This document shows, piece by piece, positions 8,601 to 16,921 of a stretch of 32,000 bases of DNA. The number at the start of each line of letters is the position of its first letter. Position 1 is the first letter of the stretch. A model generated the notes under the pieces. It did no database searches, was not told the DNA's origin, and worked only from the letters and a program-made list of their open reading frames with translations. The stretch comes from Edaphobacter aggregans (GTDB taxonomy: Bacteria > Acidobacteriota > Terriglobia > Terriglobales > Acidobacteriaceae), in contig NZ_RSDW01000001.1 of assembly GCF_003945235.1 (NCBI RefSeq), positions 5,790,001 to 5,822,000 on the forward strand, given 5' to 3'. Made by a program: the position numbers and the translations under genes.

Positions 8601-9632
8601 CTATTTGGAGTGAAGCGGAGTCATCGCAAGGTTTCGCCAGAAATTCTCCAGGGACTCTACACCGCCAAAAAGCGTTGTAAATATTGTGGAATCGGCCAAC
8701 AGAATGTCCCCTGCGCGACTTCCGGTAGGTGGCATCCAAAGGAAATTGTTGAACTCGGTATTTCCTGCTTCTGTGAAGGGATGCGGTCTGGACAGATCGA
8801 TCGGTTGCGAAGCCAAAATGCGAATCGACTTCGTATCGTCAGTGGTCAAGGCGTAGTGTGGCAGATGCGGATGGAAGTTAAATGTCGTAACTCCTTTGAG
8901 CCAGCCACGCGAATCCAGATCTCTCAATGTGTTGAGTGGAGCAATTTGATTTGTTCCTTTGACAACTGCAGGACGAAGACCGTAGCGATTTTCAACAGGT
9001 ACTCCCAGGCCTTTCATCAGGGAGCGCGTGTACTTTCCAAAGCGTTGCTGACGCGGCACCAAAGGATCACCGTGGTGGGCATACTCCATCGCCCGTTCCT
9101 TTTGGTCGGACGAGACACCCACGTCGTGGTGTGGACCAAGGATCAGGCATGTCCCTTCCCGCGTAAGAAACTGTTGAATCGCTTCGATCTCTTCTAGGGT
9201 GGCTTCCTGCTCCGTAACCATGTGGTCAAGACCAAACACCATCAAAGTGTCAGTGTCTGCGAGCACACCCGCGTCGATAGGGCATCTCTGCCCCGCCTGG
9301 TCAATCCGCTGATAAACCGCGACTGGTTGTTCTGTTGCCTCACCTACTACCCGCTGAAACGTCAACGTCGATAGGTGGAACAACTCAAGCGTTCCAGAGA
9401 TCCCTTGCAGAAACATCTGTGCTGAAAACTCCGGGGTCTCGTAATTCGGCCACGCTACGCGGCGAACTTCGGTGATCGTTGAGAAGCGATTATCCAGTTC
9501 TGTTACATCTCGATTCGCTTCCCATGGATAACTCCATGTCCAATAAATGCTGAATCGCCGCTTGCCCGAAGCATATTTTCTTGGTAGCTGTATCTGGTTA
9601 TAGGTACGTGGTCCGGATTTTGAGTTACTCAT
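8601..9632 (-). CDS. Hypothetical cytoplasmic protein (343 aa), no family recognised
   Basis: This is a long ORF in the operon, 21 nt after the DyP stop, with AAAGGGA before the ATG. It has no signal peptide. His-containing motifs are FGLDHM, LILGPHHDVG, EYAHHGDP and FHPHLPHY. The segment DTLMVFGLDH...EEIEAIQQFLTREGTCLILGPHHD is loosely reminiscent of a ThuA/GATase1-like fold, but that is speculation. Confidence 0.7.
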   Translation of the reverse strand: MSNSKSGPRTYNQIQLPRKYASGKRRFSIYWTWSYPWEANRDVTELDNRFSTITEVRRVAWPNYETPEFSAQMFLQGISGTLELFHLSTLTFQRVVGEATEQPVAVYQRIDQAGQRCPIDAGVLADTDTLMVFGLDHMVTEQEATLEEIEAIQQFLTREGTCLILGPHHDVGVSSDQKERAMEYAHHGDPLVPRQQRFGKYTRSLMKGLGVPVENRYGLRPAVVKGTNQIAPLNTLRDLDSRGWLKGVTTFNFHPHLPHYALTTDDTKSIRILASQPIDLSRPHPFTEAGNTEFNNFLWMPPTGSRAGDILLADSTIFTTLFGGVESLENFWRNLAMTPLHSK

Positions 9633-9653
9633 CTCAATCCCTTTCTCCAGGAT

Positions 9654-10994
9654 TCATGCAGAACGGGCCTGGCTCCTATCTGAGAGTGCCGCAAGGTATC
9701 GCAGCGCCCTGATACCCGGCAGGAAGAAGTAAGCTCCCCCTCGCAAGGTCGTAAAAGACGGCAGGCCTGTGATCTTCCTCCGAATGGGTCGTTTTGGGAT
9801 GGTCATGTCAAAGCTTCCATCCTGTGTGCCAAAAATCGGATCGCGTTCGTTACCTAGCTCGTGAAAATTGGGATCGTTCACCCATACGTTCATCGCAAAC
9901 TCAAACTGTCGCACGAGACTCGCGCAACCGATGAACGCCGCAATCCCCCGTTCTATCCCATCCTCAGGCTTGCCCTCCGGCAACGGCGGACCGTACGTCC
10001 CCCCCCGCCGAATCATCCTTCTCCGCTGCATGTTTGCCGCCGTATCTCGCGGGTTCATGCGCCGAATATGCGAGCCGAGCGGACACCCATAGCCGTACGG
10101 GTCCATCTTGGCGTAGTTGAAATCGTTCGTGCGCTTCATGTCTCCGCCGAGCTCCGGGTCGTCTTTGTCAGGCGTCAGCACCAGCGGAGCGCCGCTGCGC
10201 CATCGGCCCATCAGCTTCGCGGCAATCCATTCCTGCTGCTCCGGTGTCGCGCCGTTTTGCCGCAGAAAATCGCGAAAGGCCCCAACGTGTTCCTCGAGCC
10301 TGAGGTACGCGAGATAGCTGCCGTTGTGCGAAAGAATCTCCGGTTGCGGCAGCCCGGCAGGCGGTCCGTTTTCATCCGGATAACCGAGAAAAAATTCTCC
10401 GGCATTAATCGGAGGGCCAGAGCCGGGAGTTGGTTCACCATCAATTCCCTTGATGTAGGGCTGCGACAGGCGATCGCGATACCCAAAGTGCTCATGTGCG
10501 TATGTAAAAGGAGGAATCGCTTCCAGATCGAGCGACGACAAAACCTTCACTCTATCGCATTGGAGAAGGTGTTCCCGATGCTCCTGCCTGCATCGTTCGC
10601 GCTCGGCGACATCTCGGGCGAACAAGACAACAATGGCATGAAGATCAGGACTCGCTAGCCCTCCCACCCAGTGCTTTGGATCGTTGTCGCCCGTAGCGCC
10701 GACGATCTCCGCACGGGCAGCCATACCTTGACGAAACTCCTCAGGAAATGTGGCAAGAGACGTTTCATCAACCCCAAGAGCTCGCAAGCCGTTCCAGGTA
10801 AAGGCCACACTCACCCACCTGGTGTACGAGTCATTGGATTCGATAGCTTTTGCAGTGCCGACTTTTTCTAGAATCCCGTTGAGCCACTCGCGCGCTCCGG
10901 CATTCTGTCGAAACGTTAGAAATTCATATCTCGCTGCAAGAGCGTGTGGTCGCGAAATCAGGAAGTGCTGAATGTCTTCGATTTCAAGCCTCAT
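9654..10994 (-). CDS. DyP-type (dye-decolorizing) heme peroxidase, cytoplasmic
   Basis: GAGGAGGG precedes the ATG. The N-terminus is DIQHFLI... The GXXDG-like motif is EHFGYRDRLSQP, with the Asp retained. The proximal-His context is PLGSHIRRMNPRD. MIRRGGTYG is also present. There is no Tat/Sec signal. Confidence 0.9.
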   Translation of the reverse strand: MRLEIEDIQHFLISRPHALAARYEFLTFRQNAGAREWLNGILEKVGTAKAIESNDSYTRWVSVAFTWNGLRALGVDETSLATFPEEFRQGMAARAEIVGATGDNDPKHWVGGLASPDLHAIVVLFARDVAERERCRQEHREHLLQCDRVKVLSSLDLEAIPPFTYAHEHFGYRDRLSQPYIKGIDGEPTPGSGPPINAGEFFLGYPDENGPPAGLPQPEILSHNGSYLAYLRLEEHVGAFRDFLRQNGATPEQQEWIAAKLMGRWRSGAPLVLTPDKDDPELGGDMKRTNDFNYAKMDPYGYGCPLGSHIRRMNPRDTAANMQRRRMIRRGGTYGPPLPEGKPEDGIERGIAAFIGCASLVRQFEFAMNVWVNDPNFHELGNERDPIFGTQDGSFDMTIPKRPIRRKITGLPSFTTLRGGAYFFLPGIRALRYLAALSDRSQARSA

Positions 10995-11067
10995 GTGCCC
11001 TCCTCAAATCACATCTCGAGGTTGCGAGCTAGGAGAAAAACAACATTCATGCACCAGAAGAGTGCCG

Positions 11068-11646
11068 CTACTGCATCAGGTCGAGCATTCCGGAAAAGGT
11101 CGCCTTGAGTTTCAGTGCCTTCTTGATCTCATCTGCGGAGACATACGGATACTCTCCGTATTCCAGAAAGCTCGGGCGTTGGTGTTCACGAACGAACCGA
11201 ACGAATGCCGGAGTATTTGTCTTCCAGTCCTCTGGAAATCCTTCGAGGTTTTCAAAGACAGTGTTCAAGCCATATTGGGAGAACAACGCTACTGCGTCTT
11301 CGGTGTACTTATCAAAATCGGTGTCGAAGATTCCTTGATACATGAAATATGTATCGTTCCCAATGTCGAAGAGAACCCATCGCAGGTAATGAAGTTTGAG
11401 CGTTGCAAGTGCTTCCGGCAACCCTGCGATTGTCTTCTCGATTGTCTTGCCATATTCGCGGATAACATCCTCTCGCCCAGGCTTGATCTTCGCAATGATC
11501 GTGAATCCATAACAGGCCGGTGTTCGAGGATAGAGCGGTCCGTATCTTCCATTTTGGAGTGTGAAATACCCCTCTTTTGGAATGGCCATCGCTTGGGGTT
11601 TGGTTGGATCAATTTCCTTTTCGGGTGCGACTGCTGGAGTTGCCAT
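11068..11646 (-). CDS. Hypothetical protein (192 aa), first gene of the DyP operon
   Basis: I prefer the ATG at 11646 (GGGAGGAG 6 nt upstream) over the ORF-track start at 11667. The sequence is soluble-like: GFTIIAKIKPGREDVIREYG, LHYLRWVLFD, GIFDTDFDKYTEDA. I do not recognise a family. An alpha+beta-barrel-like fold is a guess. Confidence 0.75.
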   Translation of the reverse strand: MATPAVAPEKEIDPTKPQAMAIPKEGYFTLQNGRYGPLYPRTPACYGFTIIAKIKPGREDVIREYGKTIEKTIAGLPEALATLKLHYLRWVLFDIGNDTYFMYQGIFDTDFDKYTEDAVALFSQYGLNTVFENLEGFPEDWKTNTPAFVRFVREHQRPSFLEYGEYPYVSADEIKKALKLKATFSGMLDLMQ

Positions 11647-11713
11647 ATCATCTCCTCCCAAGATCACAGGCTGCGATAGACAGAAGGCTATGCGGAGCCA
11701 ACGAAGACCGAAA

Positions 11714-11729
11714 CTAGGAAAATCCCCAG
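11714..11729 (-). promoter_or_regulatory. Palindromic box copy C (gene-sense CTGGGGATTTTCCTAG, 14/16), upstream of the DyP operon
   Basis: It abuts TTTCGG (11713-11708). A 17-nt spacer follows, then TAGCCT (11690-11685). The start codon is at 11646. Confidence 0.55.
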
Positions 11730-11769
11730 TGAGCCTCTTGGTTGCACCATCTGCAAATCCTAATCTTTT

Positions 11770-12768
11770 TTAGTCGTCTTCCACTGGAGTCCAGGTTTTA
11801 TCCGGATTGAAGCGTTCCATCTTCTTGAATTCATCGAGCGTAGACGGCCCTAAATCCTTTTCGTACACAACGCCGTCGTTGTTCACGATGAACGTTTTCA
11901 CTCCGGTGACGCGGTACTCGGCAGGGGAAGCTATAAGGGCGAAGCCACCGATCATCGCGCCCTTAATCACATAGTCCAACTCCCCCACCGGTGTGGCTGC
12001 GGGACCCTGACCCTTTAGCACTTTGAAGAAGTAGCCATGATAAGGCTCCGCTTTGCTGGTATAGCCCTGTGTAATTGCCTCCGCAATCTCTTCACTGAAG
12101 GGACCGCCTAAGGTGCCGTCTGCGTTTCGCCACGACAGACCATCCTGTTTGCCAGGGGTGCTAATAATACGTTGGGCGTATTGATTCACGTCGTAGCCTT
12201 CGCGCTTTTGCAAAGCGTATTCCTTCTGCGCCTCTACGTACTCATGAGAGATGTTGATGGCATCGAGTTCATTGGAGCCGATGCGGCGATTCAAGATCTC
12301 CTGCCTGCCCGCGTTGCTGTCGAAAAACCATCGATTGCTCCTCTTGACGATCGGTACCGGGAACGGCCAGTCCTCGTTGCCTACAAGGAGATAGGCCCAT
12401 AATCCGTTCTTCGGTTCAACGGAAACTTTCGTCTTTTCGCGGGCCTCCGCCGCGAACTCAGCGGCACGTTGCCGGTCCTGCACGACATCTCCGGTGAACG
12501 CAATGTCGTGGCCATCTGGGCCAAAAATCTGCGCAAGTGCAGTCTCGTCAAATTGGTCGGCTGCACGGACCAGCGCATCAGCAGCCTGCTGGGAGGTATC
12601 AAAGGTTTTTGTCCCTGCCGGAATACCTCTTGTAGGCGCCGAAGCCGAAGCCGTTATTGCTGACTGCTGAGCGACGGAAAGTATCGGCACGAACAAACAT
12701 GCCAAAGCCACGACGCTCAGAACCCAGGCACATAGGGAGACATTTCTATTCGTAGACGTTGGTTTCAT
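11770..12768 (-). CDS. DUF2950 family exported protein
   Basis: I prefer the ATG at 12768 (AGAGGAG 7 nt upstream). The signal peptide ends at SVA-QQ. The C-terminal signature is YHGYFFKVLKGQGPAA...DYVIKGAMIGGFALIASPAEYRVTGVKTFIVNNDGVVYEKDLG. Confidence 0.85.
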   Translation of the reverse strand: MKPTSTNRNVSLCAWVLSVVALACLFVPILSVAQQSAITASASAPTRGIPAGTKTFDTSQQAADALVRAADQFDETALAQIFGPDGHDIAFTGDVVQDRQRAAEFAAEAREKTKVSVEPKNGLWAYLLVGNEDWPFPVPIVKRSNRWFFDSNAGRQEILNRRIGSNELDAINISHEYVEAQKEYALQKREGYDVNQYAQRIISTPGKQDGLSWRNADGTLGGPFSEEIAEAITQGYTSKAEPYHGYFFKVLKGQGPAATPVGELDYVIKGAMIGGFALIASPAEYRVTGVKTFIVNNDGVVYEKDLGPSTLDEFKKMERFNPDKTWTPVEDD

Positions 12769-12797
12769 TGCAGCGCTCCTCTGTTCGCCTTCCATGC

Positions 12798-14294
12798 CTA
12801 CCTCCGCCGTCCACCGCCACGGGCGCCGCCGCCACCTCGAGATCCCATACTTCGAGATCCCATGCTGGAGGCGCCCCGGTTGCTGCTGGCGCGTGCGCTT
12901 GATCCGCTGAACCCTCCAGATCCACCTCCAAATGCACCCCGGTTTCCACCGCCGCTGCCCCGCGAAAGATCCCGACTTCCTGCACTGGTTCCGCCTCCGC
13001 CAAGTCCTCCGCCACGCGCGCCTCCGCCAGTTCCTCCCCCTCGATCGCCTCCCCCAAGTCCTCCGGATCGATTGCCCAGACCGCCTCCTGCCTCTCGATT
13101 GCTGGCTAAATTGCCGCCCTCTCGGCCAATCTGCTGCCTTGCGCTCGCTTGACGATTAGCCAGCGAGTCGCCCCGAGCCGAACCGCCAAATCGATCCGCC
13201 GTTCCACGATCCCCATAGGGAGCGCCACCGCGATGTTCCGGGTTATGCTGCCACTTGTTGCCTGCATTGCCACCTGCAGGCAGTTGCGACGGCCGGTTGC
13301 CAGCGCCACCAACACCTCCAACTCCACCGGCGCCACCAACACCTCCTACTCCGCCAGCGCCACCTACGCCACCGGGACGACCAGCACCACCTACGCCGCC
13401 TGCACCACCGACACCTCCAACTCCTCCGGCACCACCCCGAGAGGGTAGTTGGGAAGGTCGGTTGCCGCCGCCAATGTTCGTGTTGCGATTGAAATTATTG
13501 TTGCGGTTGATCGTGATGTCGTTGTTACCACCCCAGCCGCACCCCCAGCCCCAACCGCCACCCCAGAATGCGCCCATCGCTATACCAACGCCGAAAGAGA
13601 TCGCCATCCCCGCGGCATAGTAACCGGGAGGCGGATAGTAAATAGGAGGGTAAGGATACACCGGTGGTCCATACACTACTACTGGATTGTAAGAAGGAAC
13701 GTACACCACTTGAGGATTCGCCTGCTCGATGACGATCGTGCTCTTGCTTTCGATGACCTTGGTCTCTACTTTTTGCTGTTCACTCGACTTCAGATTGCCG
13801 GTTCCCTGGGCCTTCTTACGCATTCGCTGGACTGCATCCATCACATCGCTTTGCTGTGCGAGAAACGCGTTGCCGAGATCCGTCGTCCACTGGATATCGT
13901 CCGCCAGGCGCTTGACTAGGTCAGGCAGTCCGGCCAGAGCCTGGACGCTTGGATCCCATGTCTGCTTGGCCACAGCATCGGCGAGGGCTTTATCTTTCAG
14001 CCCCGGATTTTTCGCAAGCCACTGTTGGAGTTGAATAATCTCAAGCGGATACGTGGAGGCGGCAAGGGTTTGGGCCAACATCGGATCTGGAAAAAGCGCA
14101 ATCGGTGCAACCAGTGAATCCAATTGGTCCGAAGGAATCTTGGTAGCCGGTGCAGGCGATGTCGTCGATGCCGCCTGTGGCGGAGAAGGGGACTGCAACT
14201 CCGCCACTGTGTCACCTGGCACGATAACGATGGCGCAGAGGACTACCGTCAAACGTCGAAGTCCTGCTGCGAATGTTTCAGTCTTCGGATTCAT
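12798..14294 (-). CDS. DUF3300 family exported protein with a long Gly/Arg/Ser-rich C-terminal low-complexity region
   Basis: GGAGGGA precedes the ATG. The DUF3300 core reads LDSLVAPIALFPDPMLAQTLAASTYPLEIIQLQQWL...WDPSVQALAGLPDLVKRLADDIQWTTDLGNAFLAQQSDVMDAVQRMRKKAQ. A Pro/Tyr-rich segment follows, then GWGWGCGWGG, then about 250 aa of G/R/S-rich sequence ending GGGRRR. Confidence 0.85.
   Translation of the reverse strand: MNPKTETFAAGLRRLTVVLCAIVIVPGDTVAELQSPSPPQAASTTSPAPATKIPSDQLDSLVAPIALFPDPMLAQTLAASTYPLEIIQLQQWLAKNPGLKDKALADAVAKQTWDPSVQALAGLPDLVKRLADDIQWTTDLGNAFLAQQSDVMDAVQRMRKKAQGTGNLKSSEQQKVETKVIESKSTIVIEQANPQVVYVPSYNPVVVYGPPVYPYPPIYYPPPGYYAAGMAISFGVGIAMGAFWGGGWGWGCGWGGNNDITINRNNNFNRNTNIGGGNRPSQLPSRGGAGGVGGVGGAGGVGGAGRPGGVGGAGGVGGVGGAGGVGGVGGAGNRPSQLPAGGNAGNKWQHNPEHRGGAPYGDRGTADRFGGSARGDSLANRQASARQQIGREGGNLASNREAGGGLGNRSGGLGGGDRGGGTGGGARGGGLGGGGTSAGSRDLSRGSGGGNRGAFGGGSGGFSGSSARASSNRGASSMGSRSMGSRGGGGARGGGRRR
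13303..13436 (-). repeat. In-frame 9-nt periodic repeat encoding (GGA/GGV)n inside the DUF3300 gene
   Basis: The + strand reads ccaccaacacctccaactccaccggcgccacc... in repeated units. On the coding strand this gives GGAGGVGGVGGAGGVGGAGRPGGVGGAGGVGGVGGAGGVGGVGGAG. Confidence 0.7.
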
Positions 14295-14375
14295 GGGTAA
14301 CTTCCCTCCGTCTTAACAATCTTTCGGGAATCCCTTGAGGTCCCTCAGAGCGTGTCCATCTTCCGCTTGGCTCGC

Positions 14376-14406
14376 GTCGCAATTCCGCTCGTCACGGAAT
14401 CGCAAC
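14376..14406 (-). other. Imperfect 12-bp-arm hairpin in the predicted 5' leader of the DUF3300-DUF2950 operon
   Basis: The + strand reads gtcgcaattccg-ctcgtca-cggaatcgcaac. Ten of 12 arm positions pair and the loop is 7 nt. It lies between the predicted -10 (14422-14427) and the start codon (14294). Confidence 0.35.
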
Positions 14407-14450
14407 TTTGTGATTCTCAGGAGCCTACCTCAGGACGAAGAGAACCGATA

Positions 14451-14466
14451 CTAGGGAAAACCCTTA
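14451..14466 (-). promoter_or_regulatory. Palindromic box copy D (gene-sense TAAGGGTTTTCCCTAG, 13/16), upstream of DUF3300-DUF2950
   Basis: It abuts TATCGG (14450-14445). A 17-nt spacer follows, then TAGGCT (14427-14422). The start codon is at 14294. A weaker look-alike, CAAGGGATTCCCGAA, with one central base fewer, lies at about 14323-14337 in the leader. Confidence 0.5.
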
Positions 14467-14588
14467 TACGCAGCAGAGGTCTGTATCAGGGTCCGATCCG
14501 GTGCAGCCAGCGACGGGAAAACTTGTTATATGGCAAGATCGCGATGGCAGTTGGTCAGTTTGTCTGGCTCGGCAATACTCCACTGTGC

Positions 14589-15785
14589 TCAGAAAATAAT
14601 TTTGATAGCCCGGGACAACAGTTCTTCTAGCGGCATGATAGTCAGGAGCAAAGGCAGGAGTGGTGCAGCCGTCGTTGCGGCGAGCCGGAAGACGTCATCC
14701 AGAGAAAAGGGCACGAAACGCATCTCCCGTACGAACCCAAAGCTGTTGCCGAGGTCAGCTAAGGATTGGATGTCGCCGCTTCCGAGCAATTCATCGCCGT
14801 GAGCGTCGCTTTTCTGGTTGCCGGTAGGCAGCCACTTGTCTTCAAATTCACTGACGTAACTGGACGCGAGCGTCCCGTATTCTCCAAGACCCCGGCGCTT
14901 CGCGGCGCTCAATTGTGGGGTAAATACCACAAGCGGACCAAGAATGAATACGACAAAGACAGCGACGAAGGCGACGATGTTAAGTTTATAAGACAGCAGA
15001 TTATGGCCCTGATAGAGGATGCGGTTAGCGATAAGTCCCGCCAGCACTACACCCTGCGCGAACAGGATCGGAGCGAACGCGTAGGAGCCCACACCCAGAA
15101 AGCCAAGGCCGCCCGCGCGGTCTGGATGGGCAGGCAATAAATGCAGGTCGAACTTTGAAATCCGCCACAGGAATTGGAACCAGATGAAAGTTCGTATATA
15201 CCAGCGCAGTAAGATGAATTGAAAGATCGGCAAACTGACAAAGGCGTACCAATATCCCGGCAGCGTCAACCCCAGGTGAACTCCCTCTGGCGTGCGATAC
15301 CAACTCGCCGTTTCCAGAGAAGTCTGGCTGCGCCAAAACCATTGCCCGACCGTATAGATGAAAACTAGCAGGGCAAGTTCGAGAGCGAGTGAGTTGCGGA
15401 GGCGCGTAGCAGCTTCGATAGCATTGTGGAATTTTGGGGTGTCCCGTGGTCTGACAATGCCGCGCTCGATGAAGCGTTTTACCGTGATCCGCAAGCGTCG
15501 ATGGATAATGAGTTCGGCTCCGATAAGCACTGGAACTGCGATGAGGAATCGGACATGGGCCTCAATATCGTGGAGGAAGGTGAGCTTCACGCCGGATGGA
15601 TTCCCCGCAATTAAGGTCAACAGAGCCAAGGGCAACCAGGTGATCAGTGCAAAGAACAGAACACGGCGCGGCAACAGTTCGAGTGCCGGTCCCTCTAGAC
15701 GAGCCCGTCGCAGGAACTGATATAACGGCCCACCGAGAACTAGAGAGAAATCGGGCTCTTCCTGAAGAGGTGATTGTATGATCAT
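14589..15785 (-). CDS. Polytopic inner-membrane protein of unknown function (398 aa from ATG 15785)
   Basis: There are at least six hydrophobic helices, for example VLFFALITWLPLALLTLIAG, FLIAVPVLIGAELII, GYWYAFVSLPIFQFILL and IVAFVAVFVVFILGPLVVF. The C-terminal domain is soluble. I recognise no family. The ORF-track start at 15815 is TTG and directly touches box E, so the ATG at 15785 is more plausible. Confidence 0.75.
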   Translation of the reverse strand: MIIQSPLQEEPDFSLVLGGPLYQFLRRARLEGPALELLPRRVLFFALITWLPLALLTLIAGNPSGVKLTFLHDIEAHVRFLIAVPVLIGAELIIHRRLRITVKRFIERGIVRPRDTPKFHNAIEAATRLRNSLALELALLVFIYTVGQWFWRSQTSLETASWYRTPEGVHLGLTLPGYWYAFVSLPIFQFILLRWYIRTFIWFQFLWRISKFDLHLLPAHPDRAGGLGFLGVGSYAFAPILFAQGVVLAGLIANRILYQGHNLLSYKLNIVAFVAVFVVFILGPLVVFTPQLSAAKRRGLGEYGTLASSYVSEFEDKWLPTGNQKSDAHGDELLGSGDIQSLADLGNSFGFVREMRFVPFSLDDVFRLAATTAAPLLPLLLTIMPLEELLSRAIKIIF

Positions 15786-15815
15786 GAGCTTTGTCCTTTC
15801 AGTGCGCACGGACAA

Positions 15816-15831
15816 TTAGGAAAATCCCTAA
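15816..15831 (-). promoter_or_regulatory. Palindromic box copy E (gene-sense TTAGGGATTTTCCTAA, 13/16), upstream of the membrane-protein gene
   Basis: It abuts TTGTCC (15815-15810). A 17-nt spacer leads to AAAGCT (15792-15787), only 1 nt before the ATG at 15785. Confidence 0.5.
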
Positions 15832-15899
15832 CAGGTTCGAAATGTCGTAGCTGCGCTAAAGGAACGAGCAGGCAAGTTATGTCAAAGACTAAAGACACG

Positions 15900-16808
15900 T
15901 CACTGAATTCCAGCGATACCCTTGTTCTGAAGAATCCGCACCACGACGCGACGATTCTCGGCTTCCGAATCATTCGCATTGCCCGAGTCCACTTGCCGGC
16001 TCTCGCCCATCGCGCCGGGAGCCAGCATTCTCGAAAGTGGGACATGGCCCTCCTGCTGGAGGTAGGTAGCCACAGCATTGGCGCGGTCTTCGCTTAGTTT
16101 CTGGTTCAGTGCGGCGCTGCCGGACGAGGAGGCGTAGCCTTTCACCTGGATCACGTAGCCGTTCACGGTCTCGGCCTTTTGCGCCAAGGCCAATAGGGGG
16201 GCATTGTATTGTGGGTCTAGCTTAACCTTGCCGTTTCCGAAGTAGACTGTTACCTCATCGTAGATGTAGTAATCGTCGAGTTGGCCGAAGCGTGCGGTAT
16301 TGGCGGCGATTAAAGCCTTGTGCTCGGCCAGCTTTTTCTGCTGTTCCGTCAACTGTGCCTGTTGTTCTTTTAATGCCGCGTTCTGCTCCTCCAGCTCCTT
16401 TTGGTTGGCAGCCGCTTGCTGGGCTGTTTCATGCACGCCGGCACTAATAGCCTGGGCTTGTTCGAAATCGTTGCCTTTGAATCGAATGGTGTTCGCCACG
16501 AGTTGGTTCTGAGCGTCATAGCTCCCCTCTACCCGAATCGGAAGACCGGGGATCAGAGCCGCCATCGACATTTTCTTGTTGCGCGCCTTGAGCGCACCTT
16601 GTAGTTGACCAACATCGGTGCTCTCGGTTAGAAGAACGACCACTTTGGGTGAGTTAGATGTCTGCAGCTCGAGGGTGTCACCGCTGCGCGCTTTTATGAT
16701 GCCTTCAACCTTCGTGTTCTGGGCGTAGACTGCACTGCTTAGGACCGCCAATCCCATAAGCAACAGGGCTGATACGGATACGATTCTGCGTGATTTGCCT
16801 TGCGTCAT
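15900..16808 (-). CDS. OmpA-family protein: exported N-terminal domain, coiled coil, C-terminal OmpA-like peptidoglycan-binding domain
   Basis: I prefer the ATG at 16808 (GGAGAG 5 nt upstream). The signal peptide ends at VYA-QN. The coiled-coil segment is QKELEEQNAALKEQQAQLTEQQKKLAEHKA. The OmpA-like C-terminus reads VQVKGYASSSGSAALNQKLSEDRANAVATYL...NRRVVVRIL. Confidence 0.85.
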   Translation of the reverse strand: MTQGKSRRIVSVSALLLMGLAVLSSAVYAQNTKVEGIIKARSGDTLELQTSNSPKVVVLLTESTDVGQLQGALKARNKKMSMAALIPGLPIRVEGSYDAQNQLVANTIRFKGNDFEQAQAISAGVHETAQQAAANQKELEEQNAALKEQQAQLTEQQKKLAEHKALIAANTARFGQLDDYYIYDEVTVYFGNGKVKLDPQYNAPLLALAQKAETVNGYVIQVKGYASSSGSAALNQKLSEDRANAVATYLQQEGHVPLSRMLAPGAMGESRQVDSGNANDSEAENRRVVVRILQNKGIAGIQ

Positions 16809-16921
16809 AGCATCTCTCCAATCGGCCGCGTTTAACATGCGACCTGGTCTTCTCATCATCGTGTTGATTCTGAAAACCCTGCTGCACACTGTATGTTTAG
16901 GGGATCGTCTGAGATTAGCAA

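Noticed and set aside
9861-10658. 265-aa + strand ORF opposite the DyP gene
   Set aside because: It is a shadow ORF. It is Arg/Pro-rich, and DyP on the other strand has all its catalytic motifs.
8601-11646. The DyP peroxidase as cargo of an encapsulin nanocompartment
   Set aside because: Neither neighbour looks like an HK97-fold encapsulin shell protein by sequence feel. The DyP C-terminus (...LAALSDRSQARSA) lacks the Gly/Ser/Leu-rich targeting peptide seen in cargo DyPs.
10972-11679. 235-aa + strand ORF covering the same DNA as the 192-aa - strand gene
   Set aside because: Its translation is Cys-rich and low quality. The - strand ORF has a strong SD, protein-like composition and operon context.
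12862-13620. Several Pro-rich + strand ORFs (PPTPPAPP...), and tandem periodicity that might be mistaken for a repeat array
   Set aside because: They are the reverse-complement frames of the Gly-rich tail of the DUF3300 gene. The periodicity is 9 nt and in-frame, with no spacer structure, so this is not a CRISPR or satellite array.
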